Origin: Nitrosopumilus sp.
GTDB lineage: Archaea > Thermoproteota > Nitrososphaeria > Nitrososphaerales > Nitrosopumilaceae
Length of the DNA: 64,000 bases
NCBI GenBank assembly: GCA_965203315.1
Contig: OZ241857.1
Coordinates: forward strand, 576,001-640,000
Reading direction: 5' to 3'
In this document: positions 51,013-60,295 of the stretch, piece after piece
Position numbering within the stretch: position 1 is the stretch's first letter
How the letters are laid out: each line of letters begins with the position of its first letter
Position numbers and translations under genes: made by a program
The notes under the pieces: model-generated
The model's database searches: none
What the model was told of the DNA's origin: nothing
The model's input: only the letters and a program-made list of their open reading frames with translations

Positions 51013-52242
51013 TCATGGTACCGGTGCTGACCTGAAAGCATTTTGTAGATCTGAAACAAAGTCTTGAATTAATCCAATTAGAGATTCTATCAGATCTGGT
51101 TCTGTCTGTGATTCATTATCTTGCGGGTTTGATCCTCGGGATGTATCGTTTAGAGTATCTGTGATGTCGTCAACTAGAATCAATGTATTGGATGAAACAT
51201 TAGTGACGTCGTTCATGGTATCTATCACAACTAGTACATCTGTTGTACCGTTAGGTAAAGTCTCTTCAGATATAGTTGATAGCTCGTCTGAAGAGATCAT
51301 GTCCAAAGATACATTAGATAAAGAGTCGTCCGACACATCTAGAGTATTGTTGTCCAAAGTATCATTAGAAATTAGAGATACAATATCTGTACCTATCTCA
51401 TTTGTTGTATCCGTGATATCATCTGTGATATCATTGTTATCGTCAAGATCATTAAATGTACCGTCAAAGATACTGTCAATAACAGACGTATCATCAAATA
51501 TTGGAATACTATCTGAGATATCTATACCACGTGTCAGAGATACCAGATCAAATGTAAACAACTGCCTATCTTGTATTGTTTGTGGAATGTACATCACACC
51601 CGATACGGGTAAACCAATGTCATCTTGGAACTGCAAATGCCCTGATATCAGCTCACCATCAAACGATACACGAAACTCTGCAATGTCGAATTCGGTATAC
51701 TCGTCAATTATCACTGGCGAGTATAGATGATTGGCAGGTATGTCATCACCAAGTCTTGGGTCGAGGCTAGAGATACGTGCATCATGGTATATCCAGAATA
51801 GGGTATTTGATAGGGTATCAGCTACATATCTAGAAGATAGTGATCGTACATCGTATGTTGTATCATCAATCAGTATGATATCGCCCATCATATCGCCTAT
51901 ATCGCCTATATCACCTGGCATATTATCCATCATATGGTCCAACACGTCATTCTGAATATGACTTTGTGTGTAATCTAGTGATATATCTGAGCCTATAGAG
52001 CTAGAGTTTGTTATGATTGTTTGTGCAATCCAGACGGTATTTGATCCAGATATGCCTGTATCCAGTATCAATAGTTGTAAGGTATAGCACAAGTGTAGTC
52101 TAGATATGTCACGATTTATTGTCCGATAGTCACATATATCGTACACATATACGTCACCTGGTACAAATCCTCCAAACTCCCAACCATGTACGTTTGGTAC
52201 AAAAAACATAACTAGAATTAGAGACAACAAGTAAATCTTCAT
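51013..52242 (-). CDS. secreted acidic protein with Asp/Thr/Ser-rich C-terminal region (backbone)
   Basis: Signal peptide (VHG/W), very acidic low-complexity tail. Confidence 0.75.
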   Translation of the reverse strand: MKIYLLSLILVMFFVPNVHGWEFGGFVPGDVYVYDICDYRTINRDISRLHLCYTLQLLILDTGISGSNTVWIAQTIITNSSSIGSDISLDYTQSHIQNDVLDHMMDNMPGDIGDIGDMMGDIILIDDTTYDVRSLSSRYVADTLSNTLFWIYHDARISSLDPRLGDDIPANHLYSPVIIDEYTEFDIAEFRVSFDGELISGHLQFQDDIGLPVSGVMYIPQTIQDRQLFTFDLVSLTRGIDISDSIPIFDDTSVIDSIFDGTFNDLDDNNDITDDITDTTNEIGTDIVSLISNDTLDNNTLDVSDDSLSNVSLDMISSDELSTISEETLPNGTTDVLVVIDTMNDVTNVSSNTLILVDDITDTLNDTSRGSNPQDNESQTEPDLIESLIGLIQDFVSDLQNAFRSAPVP

Positions 52243-52330
52243 TTATGATTCACTCTCCAGATAATCGATCTCGTGATGTTTTATATAATCAAAGAGCAGA
52301 TATTGATGTATATTACATATCACCAATTCT

Positions 52331-53530
52331 CTATTTTACTCCAAATGTGGCCAGTATCTTGGATACCAGCAAGATATCATTACCATCTCTGCCATAACAG
52401 ATCTCTGCATTTCTCTTGAGCTTGTTTTGTTTTTTGTTAAAATTTTTGTTATCACATTTATCAATCTCTACTAGATTACTACCGTTGCCATCACCATAAT
52501 GGTAAAATGGTACTTTGCCAATCTTGTCTACAAATCTTACATAGACCTCTTTGTTTAAGAATAATTTATCAGCGAGTTCGATATCTGGTGAGCCATTACA
52601 CCTAGCAGGATCATCTGATTCTCTAAACTGTATGTGTAATGTGGTATCATGCTGTACAGATATAGATGGGCTTGGACCTACGAGTAGATCACCAACATAA
52701 CAGTACGGATTACCTTGTGACACAAATGATTTACTAGTTATCTCTGTATCTCGAAATATTGTGATGAATGCCTTGTCGTTTATGTGATATCTAGTACCCT
52801 TGTCACCAAAATAATGAGTATCGATTCTTATCTTACTAGTAACGCCTGTGTACAGATCAATGGTTCTACCAGTAGTATCAAATTCCTCTGTTTTTGGTGG
52901 TTCTGTTACTCTTTTGGTTTGCGATGGTTTAGGTGTCTGTGGATTGGACGACATACTTGTAGGTACAGTTAGAGTTTCTAGATTGTTTGGTGGATCAGGC
53001 TGTACAGTTGGAGACTGTGTGTTCTCTGGACTGGTTGACATACTAGTGGATATACTAGGATCTGCACAAGGCGAAGGAAGCGGTACAGTATCTGGTACAC
53101 TGCCGTTCAATCTATGAATTTTTACATCAAGGATATTCCTAGCACCAGTTATCACTAGGATATTATCATGAATGAGACTATTTGGTATGCTACAAACTAG
53201 TTCTTGTGGTGCGTCTGGAGTTATTGTCGAATTAGTACAAGGGCACTCGTTACCATCTGCATCAATTACAGCAAGTATCTTACTGTCAGTAGTGCCATAG
53301 TTTGTCAAGACTAGACTCACATTGCCATTTACATGTCTGTCTGCAGATATGACATCGATCTTTTCGTTTAGAATCGCCAATCTAACCTCGTTTATTCTAC
53401 CTAGCGTCTCACTCATTACGCCGATATTCTCAGAGAATGCAGCTAGTAATCCAATTAGTAATACTCCAACAGCTGCAGATATCAACAAGAACTCGTTTGT
53501 AAAAGATACACCTGACAAAGGAGTCGACAT
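52331..53530 (-). CDS. pilin-like protein with Pro/Thr linker and C-terminal domain shared with the subtilase repeats
   Basis: Hydrophobic N-helix, LNEKIDVI, LTNYGT, VITGARNI; then EEFDTTGRTIDLYTG...LVSKILATFG; likely start MSTPL at 53530. Confidence 0.7.
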   Translation of the reverse strand: MSTPLSGVSFTNEFLLISAAVGVLLIGLLAAFSENIGVMSETLGRINEVRLAILNEKIDVISADRHVNGNVSLVLTNYGTTDSKILAVIDADGNECPCTNSTITPDAPQELVCSIPNSLIHDNILVITGARNILDVKIHRLNGSVPDTVPLPSPCADPSISTSMSTSPENTQSPTVQPDPPNNLETLTVPTSMSSNPQTPKPSQTKRVTEPPKTEEFDTTGRTIDLYTGVTSKIRIDTHYFGDKGTRYHINDKAFITIFRDTEITSKSFVSQGNPYCYVGDLLVGPSPSISVQHDTTLHIQFRESDDPARCNGSPDIELADKLFLNKEVYVRFVDKIGKVPFYHYGDGNGSNLVEIDKCDNKNFNKKQNKLKRNAEICYGRDGNDILLVSKILATFGVK

Positions 53531-53718
53531 CCTCTGCCAGATATATTGGTGCAATAACAATACGATACTAGTACACATTGTATTAACTGCGATATCAGAT
53601 GTGATCTATTCGATGATTGTTTTAAGAGATTACTCCGACATATGAGGGATTGATAGTTTTGTGCCTAACCATCACTAGTCTGCTAGATTCGACACAAGAT
53701 ACAGTATCAGATACAGTA

Positions 53719-54648
53719 CTAGCTAGTATCTACAAATATCAAGAAATTCTTGTTGTAGAGTCTACGCTTTAATGCAGACCAGTCATCGATATCCTTGGAT
53801 GATATTACAGTTGGTGGAGTCTCTGGAGTTATGTGTAGATGTTTCTTGTATTTGTCTGGAACATAATGTGGCTCTGACTTGTCCTCTCCTGATATCAGTA
53901 TGACGCCATCTTTCTCTTCTTTTAGTCCAACGTGGTTTGGCGTTATCACTATATCTGCATTACAATGTTCGCACTGATACTCTCGAATGTCATTTACTGC
54001 AGTACGTTCTTTCTTTACTTTTGGCCTCTCTGATTTGATAAGATCTAGTAGATTACCTGCGGGCCAATTAAATTTAGATTTTGTGGCATTAATCATGTCT
54101 TGTAGTTTTTTCATAATCATCTTTGTCTCTTGTGGCGTAGTTTTTTGTAAAATTTCAAATACTTTAACAGGAACTATTGTTTGTGCATCAAACGTATATG
54201 CCAGATGTATTATTCGCTCAAAGTCTTTAATGACGTGTGGTTTTGGATAATATGGATATAATCTAGCATACATTGAGTTTAGATGGAACGTCTTTGTAGT
54301 ATGTTCGATACCGTCTCTTTCTACATACGGTTTGATCAGTCTCAGCACAGTTACTGGATTTGGCAGTGGTTTTAGAGATAGTGTCATGTGGGATGTAAAG
54401 GTATCATGTTCCTTTAGTACAGCACAGTTTATCGTCTTTCTTCCTTTTGTTCTAGCTGCTACATATACCTCATATCTGTCGATCAACGTATACTTGCCTT
54501 TGGATTCAACTACAATTGGAAAGAACAATGCCTCAGACTCTGTTCCAAATGTATCTGCAATAGATTGTCGCTTTTGATCTGATACTACAGATATGACATC
54601 CTTTGGTATAGATATCTCGGATACCTTTAGTTTTTGAAACTTAGCCAA
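53719..54648 (-). CDS. ParB/Srx N-terminal-like protein with CxxC zinc ribbon
   Basis: LKVSEISIP...PIVV...YTLIDRYEVYVAA...INCAV resembles ParB_N with a degenerate G-x-R-R motif; YQCEHC. Confidence 0.55.
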   Translation of the reverse strand: MAKFQKLKVSEISIPKDVISVVSDQKRQSIADTFGTESEALFFPIVVESKGKYTLIDRYEVYVAARTKGRKTINCAVLKEHDTFTSHMTLSLKPLPNPVTVLRLIKPYVERDGIEHTTKTFHLNSMYARLYPYYPKPHVIKDFERIIHLAYTFDAQTIVPVKVFEILQKTTPQETKMIMKKLQDMINATKSKFNWPAGNLLDLIKSERPKVKKERTAVNDIREYQCEHCNADIVITPNHVGLKEEKDGVILISGEDKSEPHYVPDKYKKHLHITPETPPTVISSKDIDDWSALKRRLYNKNFLIFVDTS

Positions 54649-55291
54649 GACTACTCAAATACTCCTGTATTGTTTTTGCCCTCTTTTCTGCCTTGCCTGT
54701 GAATACATTCATCAGTTTGACAGCTGTGTGATGATATTTGGGCTCAACATGTTTACGAATGTAATAGTTGTCTGGAATCTGTATTGTATTTACTAGATTC
54801 ATATCTTGAGCAGTCGGCTTTATTGCGTATATTGCCTCACGCATGTTAAAGTATCTCTTTAGATTGAATCTAGCTCGTACTGTTTGGATTATCTCATCTC
54901 CATTACATATCGCCCCAGAATCTATACATGCTTGATGTATAGCAAATGCAGCTGTCTTGCCTGTGCCAAGTTTCTTTGGCAACAGTTTCCTAAAGATTAA
55001 CGTTGCTGATCTAGTTGTTATATCGTTTAGATTCAATACATTACAACACGCAACAAAATTGTTTAGGTACTGATTGTTATGTTGTATTATTTGTGAGGTC
55101 TTTGTTTTATTGACGTGTTGTAACTTTAGTTTTGGATCTATTAGATTCTTTGATCCTAGATTTGCTGTATCATATGCAGGACCGGTATCTGCTTGTTCAA
55201 TTGTATCGCATACGACACCACAGACACAAATTATCTCATGCTCGTCTGTTATTCTCTTTGTACTACCACATATTCGACAAGATTTTTCCAT
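54641..55291 (-). CDS. divergent, shortened TFIIB/TFB-like protein
   Basis: CRICG...EIICVCGVV zinc ribbon followed by one cyclin-like repeat (CNVLNL...ATLIFRK...AAFAIHQAC). Confidence 0.7.
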   Translation of the reverse strand: MEKSCRICGSTKRITDEHEIICVCGVVCDTIEQADTGPAYDTANLGSKNLIDPKLKLQHVNKTKTSQIIQHNNQYLNNFVACCNVLNLNDITTRSATLIFRKLLPKKLGTGKTAAFAIHQACIDSGAICNGDEIIQTVRARFNLKRYFNMREAIYAIKPTAQDMNLVNTIQIPDNYYIRKHVEPKYHHTAVKLMNVFTGKAEKRAKTIQEYLSSLG

Positions 55292-55555
55292 TATTGCACC
55301 ACAAATAATAGATCAGATTAGTATTTAATAATAGGTTTTATGCATGATTCTTGTCGTTTTAATTTATGTACTTTTAATTCTAGAAACATACTTTCTGATT
55401 GCAGATATCAAATAATTTGCCACACATGTTTATAAAAACAGTACTTGCATAATTAAATTGTCCAATGCGTCTTTTAAAAATGACGTACAATTACTCCTCA
55501 TTATTTAGTATTCCACAATACCGAATAATCGGGACTTGGTTATTTGTTGACATGT

Positions 55556-57028
55556 CTATTCTAGAAACTCGAATGTGTCTACAGTCTTGGTTGAACTGTT
55601 CATACGTTTCATAATTACCACTAAACATATTGCTATCACTATTACTAGTGCCAATATGCTTATAAAGATTAACTCCATGTTGTTTTCAACAGCAGATATA
55701 ATTGCAGTGTTGTTTGTAGAATTTGTTATGATATTTGAGATATTATCTTCCAGAGTATCATTTGTAGTAGCGTTTATGGTATTTGTAATAATAGTAGATA
55801 CTTCAGTAGGTGGCTCTTCTTTAGGGCACTCATCATCTAGCCATGTTTCATCTGCAAATTCAGAGTCATTGCAGGAAAAGTCATAGACTTGTGCAAGACC
55901 AGCTGTGTATAGTGACTCGTTTAGTAGAATATCGCCACACGTCACCATTGCTATGGTTCTGCCAAATTTGTCAGTAGGTTGATTATCATCTGGGTCTACC
56001 AAAACTCTCATGCCTACTGGACACGTCCTAGATGTGTGAGCAGTAGCTGTATCATAGTTATCACGTCCTTCGTTTGGAGTATCTGTTAGTGCCAATCTGA
56101 CATATTTTTCATCGACATAGAGGGTGTCACCATCTTCGATCTCTGTTACAATACCAGTCCAACACATTGAACAGCTGGTATCATATGTGTATTGTACTAT
56201 ATCGACACCGTCTGTATGGTCTGAGGGTATATCAGATATTGTGCCTGCTATGGTACTAGTCACGTTTGGGCTAGTGAGTTCTGCTGTTCGATATTGTAGT
56301 GTAGAGACTCGAACAATGTCTACGTGACCACCTATCCAGGGATGTATCAAGCATCGATAGTCGATCTCACCCGATCTAGTTGGAAAAACAATCCCATCAC
56401 CGTTTGGCAGTATTATGCCTGTATTTGCAGCACCTATACTCATCTGATGTGTACGATAATCATCATTCCAGAATCTCATCCCGAATGTAAGTGGAATTTT
56501 GGTATATGTAGGAGATAGACACTCATCAGATATGTTGATTCCAGATGTCTCACATCCAATTGCTGCGTTTCGTTTGATATCTAGATGTAACAATCCATCA
56601 TAGTCGCCTAGAAAAAAGTATGAAGTTAATTTACTATCTCTAAAATTTGTATCGTTGTATGAGTGTACTTGAACTGTATACAGTCCACTTGGTAGTTTAT
56701 CCGATATTACAATGAACGGATTTATGACTCCCTGTTTTGTAACTTTGAGCTGAGAGTTTTTTACTGTATTATCTGGATAGATTACCGTCATATTTGCACG
56801 AGTTGTAGATACGTGTCCGTTTATCTCGATTGTGTTTGATGAACCTTTCTTGCGTACTATATTATCTTGGATGTCAATCCAATCTGCAGATGCCAAGTTG
56901 GTGATTGAGATACTAAATAGCATTACACCAAAGACAAGAGCTAGTAAGCGATAATCAACAATAGAAAGACTAGAACTATTGATCATATTTATCAAGATGA
57001 GGAAATAGCGTACCATCACTTTGATCAC
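55556..57028 (-). CDS. membrane-anchored protein with cupredoxin-like and thermonuclease (SNase) domains
   Basis: YRCLIHPWI; IEDGDTL...VRLALTDTP...DKFGRTIA...LNESLYTAGLA; C-terminal TM. Confidence 0.85.
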   Translation of the reverse strand: MIKVMVRYFLILINMINSSSLSIVDYRLLALVFGVMLFSISITNLASADWIDIQDNIVRKKGSSNTIEINGHVSTTRANMTVIYPDNTVKNSQLKVTKQGVINPFIVISDKLPSGLYTVQVHSYNDTNFRDSKLTSYFFLGDYDGLLHLDIKRNAAIGCETSGINISDECLSPTYTKIPLTFGMRFWNDDYRTHQMSIGAANTGIILPNGDGIVFPTRSGEIDYRCLIHPWIGGHVDIVRVSTLQYRTAELTSPNVTSTIAGTISDIPSDHTDGVDIVQYTYDTSCSMCWTGIVTEIEDGDTLYVDEKYVRLALTDTPNEGRDNYDTATAHTSRTCPVGMRVLVDPDDNQPTDKFGRTIAMVTCGDILLNESLYTAGLAQVYDFSCNDSEFADETWLDDECPKEEPPTEVSTIITNTINATTNDTLEDNISNIITNSTNNTAIISAVENNMELIFISILALVIVIAICLVVIMKRMNSSTKTVDTFEFLE

Positions 57029-57833
57029 CGCTAGACATGACTGGACTTGCTGCAGTATCTAGACCCAAGATGTGTGGTTGTTCAGGGAACTTTACAAACG
57101 GTCTAATATCTTGCTCAGATAGTATAGTCTTTCTAGACTTTGGTTTAGACTTTACTGTTTTTTGTAGTATCTTTGTAGCAGCATCTAGATTCTTTTGCCT
57201 AGCTGTGAACACGCGACTTGTGATGAGATGATTTGGTTCTAGTGTATCACTTGTGTACGGTATAGTCTTTTCAAAGGGCTCGATGTCTGATATCTTTTTT
57301 ACTCCATAAAATATCTCTGCATAGTAAAATGATGTAGACTCTGCCTTTTGCTTGGCAAACTTTTCATATGGATCAACATGTACAGTATCTTGAGCTTTTT
57401 TACTCTTTTTTAGTAAGCTCTTGTATCTACGTGTTACGTGTTTGGAAGGAGCATGTCCTAGTTTGATACCAAATACGCCACAAGGCGCATCAGATATTAT
57501 AGAGTATACATCAGAGGATAGTTTGATATCAGGTACGAGTGGATAGACATAGTTCTTGGCAAGTTTTAGTGTAACGTATGCATCGAGTTTTGTAACTAGC
57601 GGATACTCGTTATGTACAATACCAAACGACTGTATTGACTCCATCATGCTTTGGTATATTTTTGGCACACGCATTGCAATAGTCATTCCACTAGACTGTA
57701 ACTTGAATATCAGAAACAAGATATCGGGTATATTTCTGCACAGCATGAGCAGATCCTCGTCTTTTGTATCATCATACTTTTCTCCAACAGCTGTGGAATA
57801 TGGTAATAGTTTGTACCAGATATACTCGATCAA
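56976..57833 (-). CDS. hypothetical backbone protein
   Basis: Long ORF overlapping both neighbours in an operon; no motif recognised. Confidence 0.6.
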   Translation of the reverse strand: MIEYIWYKLLPYSTAVGEKYDDTKDEDLLMLCRNIPDILFLIFKLQSSGMTIAMRVPKIYQSMMESIQSFGIVHNEYPLVTKLDAYVTLKLAKNYVYPLVPDIKLSSDVYSIISDAPCGVFGIKLGHAPSKHVTRRYKSLLKKSKKAQDTVHVDPYEKFAKQKAESTSFYYAEIFYGVKKISDIEPFEKTIPYTSDTLEPNHLITSRVFTARQKNLDAATKILQKTVKSKPKSRKTILSEQDIRPFVKFPEQPHILGLDTAASPVMSSGDQSDGTLFPHLDKYDQ

Positions 57834-58471
57834 TGTTGTATCTCTGCATCACTGACAGAATCAGATTGATCTATGACCATTGGTTTGTTTTTTATGGTTG
57901 TGGCGTTATTTGCAGATGTATAGTCAAAACTAGATGGATCTACCCCTACCTCATCCTCGACATATATGATCAAATGTTCCAAGTCATCCCCAAGTGTATC
58001 TTTTATCATCTCTTCTGTCTCATCTGTGGTATGTATCATCCAATGTCTGTGACCAGTAATGACATATCCTTTATTGACTAGACGCGTCAGTGCGTTCCAT
58101 ACTGTTTGACGACTAAAATTAGATTTTGAACATACAAATTCATCATCTAGATGATATCTCCGATAGACATGTTCTCCACCACCAAATCGTCTATGAATTT
58201 GTAATACGCTGATCAGACGTGCCAGTATACACAATTCCAAGAAAGAGAGTCCAAGATCTGCTGCAGACAGCAACCATCTAGCATATATTGTAACTTTACC
58301 ATTCTTGATCAGATATTGGAAATTACCTTCTGGTAATGGGCCGTATTTTAACATTTTATAAATTGCTGATCCTTTGACTATTCTGGAGCTCTTCATATTG
58401 AATTTACTTTCACGTCTACGACGTATCGACAGTGTGTTCTTTACAAGCTCTTTACATGTGCCTCTAGGCAC
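57830..58471 (-). CDS. winged-helix DNA-binding protein (possible replication/regulatory protein)
   Basis: LSFLELCILARL...SNFSRQTVWNALTRLVNKGYV. Confidence 0.6.
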   Translation of the reverse strand: MPRGTCKELVKNTLSIRRRRESKFNMKSSRIVKGSAIYKMLKYGPLPEGNFQYLIKNGKVTIYARWLLSAADLGLSFLELCILARLISVLQIHRRFGGGEHVYRRYHLDDEFVCSKSNFSRQTVWNALTRLVNKGYVITGHRHWMIHTTDETEEMIKDTLGDDLEHLIIYVEDEVGVDPSSFDYTSANNATTIKNKPMVIDQSDSVSDAEIQH

Positions 58472-58547
58472 TCGTGCAGGTTTCAGTATATTACTGATTA
58501 TTTAGAAGACTTGTTGTCATTAGTGCCTACTTGCTGAATCTAGCCAG

Positions 58548-58883
58548 TCAATAGTTTAAGAGTTTTGATTCTAAATTCGATAAAGCACTCAGTGCCTCAT
58601 CTCTGTATTCTAAAGTTATTTCCAACTCTTCGTATCTAGCAACCATACTCGCTTCAAACAAAAAATCATAATTATTCATCAAATCCGAAAAATGTTTTTC
58701 AACCATTTTGTTTCGTACTGCATGATTGTTAGGTAATGCATGTCCATTTCTTTCAAAATGGTCGTCAACCAAATGCAATGCAGCATAAAATAATATGGTC
58801 ACTTGCCAATCATAAGAATTTGAGTCACTTTCATACAGATGATCAAATACCCTTTGTTGTGCTTGTATCTTTTGCAGTGCCAT
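58548..58883 (-). CDS. HEPN-domain protein
   Basis: YDWQVTILFYAALH...NH..R...ASMVARY. Confidence 0.75.
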   Translation of the reverse strand: MALQKIQAQQRVFDHLYESDSNSYDWQVTILFYAALHLVDDHFERNGHALPNNHAVRNKMVEKHFSDLMNNYDFLFEASMVARYEELEITLEYRDEALSALSNLESKLLNY

Positions 58884-58893
58884 GTCATGAGTG

Positions 58894-59298
58894 CTATTCT
58901 CTCTTAAAAACAGTGGTTGTGTTATCTAGACGCTTTGGTTTAATTTCAGATGTCTTGAAAAATAACATCTCCATATCAGAGTCTGGGAATTGATCTTTTA
59001 ATTCGCTATATTTTTTAAATATCGTCTTCACTGCAAAGCTAAAGTCATCATGCTCATAAATTACAATTAGTTTTATCACATTACAATGAAAATTGTTTTC
59101 ATAACATACCTGTTTTATGAAATCAAGATCAAACGCTTCAATAATTTTAGGCTTTATGCTGTCCATGCCTATGTCTTGCTGAGCGAGTCTGTTTACGCTA
59201 GTTTGCAGTTGATCCATACTAGTTTGTAGATGTTTGATGCGAGTCAACATTTCACTCATCTCTGATTTCTCTGCACGCTTTACTTGAACACTTGCCAT
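58894..59298 (-). CDS. putative antitoxin partner of HEPN (degenerate minimal nucleotidyltransferase-like fold, N-terminal coiled coil)
   Basis: Directly upstream of HEPN; IKQVCY...IKLIVIY...DMEMLFF strand pattern without the GS/DxD motif. Confidence 0.45.
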   Translation of the reverse strand: MASVQVKRAEKSEMSEMLTRIKHLQTSMDQLQTSVNRLAQQDIGMDSIKPKIIEAFDLDFIKQVCYENNFHCNVIKLIVIYEHDDFSFAVKTIFKKYSELKDQFPDSDMEMLFFKTSEIKPKRLDNTTTVFKRE

Positions 59299-60295
59299 TT
59301 TCAGTCACTCTAGTATCTGTTATTTGAGACATAAATCCTTTATGTACATGTAGGTTGTCTGTCAAACGGAATTATGTGAGAAAAATGCGGATATGTACTA
59401 GTCTAAATTTGAATACTGATCTTAGCTCAGATGGGGCAGATCTCGATATAGTATGGAAATGGTTATGTCACCTATAGGTACGTCTATTGGCATCTTTGGT
59501 TACTGGTTGCCAGGTTCCATCATCTCGCAGTGTGATGGACTTTAGTAATTTGTCATGAGGAAATTTCATGGTAAACTCTAACTTGATTTTTGATTCAGAG
59601 AATTCATCACGCTGCGGTTGATCGGCTATCTCTTCAGCTCGTTTTACTAGTTTGCGCATATGTTTGATGTATTTCTCTCTCTCAGGCGTATAGTTATGAT
59701 CTAGTTCTGCTTTACGTAGTTCTTCTTTGATATATGCCAAGGCATCATAACTACGAACAGCTTGATCTACTCCAACAGATTCTGAAGGATCCCAGTCAGT
59801 CGGTTCAAATTCTTTTGGTAATCCTTTAATGATCTTGTCGGATTCTGCTCCAACATAGACTAGTCGCTGAATCATTGCTATTGTCTTTTCTTCGGTCATT
59901 GTTTCAGTTGGATCATTTACTATGCCACTGTCCTTGTCTGTTGTTTTACGGTATCGATCTATGACCCATTCGATTGGAGTCCTGCCGTTTACTGTGTATT
60001 TTATTTCAGGTAGGTCAAAGACTTCGATGCCGTTTATGAATAGTCGAGTCTTGTCTGGAATCTTTTTACCGTTTTTTGTTACTTTGGGGAATGCCATCTT
60101 TACTAGCTTGCCAAACTTGGCTTTAGGTTTGAGCGGATATTTTTTACAGGTCTCGTAGTGTATATGTAGATCTGCTAGTTTACGTCCAGCTGTTTTGAAT
60201 GTATGGAAGTTTGGCGCCATTGGGATTCGTGGTAGTTCTTTGGATAGGTTGCTTGTGAATTTCTTTTTGTATTTTTCATGGTGTAACACACCATA

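Larger units (their letters stand above)
46536..51070 (-). repeat. tandem triplication, period 1445 bp (third unit +133 bp)
   Basis: TCATGGTACC(A/G)GTGCTGACCTGAAAGC at 47990, 49435, 51013; each unit = 3' end of 409-aa gene + antitoxin + PIN + promoter/start of 1044-aa gene. Confidence 0.92.

Noticed and set aside
46536-51070. Repeats as a CRISPR array or integron attC cassettes
   Set aside because: Units are 1.4-kb gene-containing duplications; no short repeat-spacer periodicity, cas genes, attC structure or integrase
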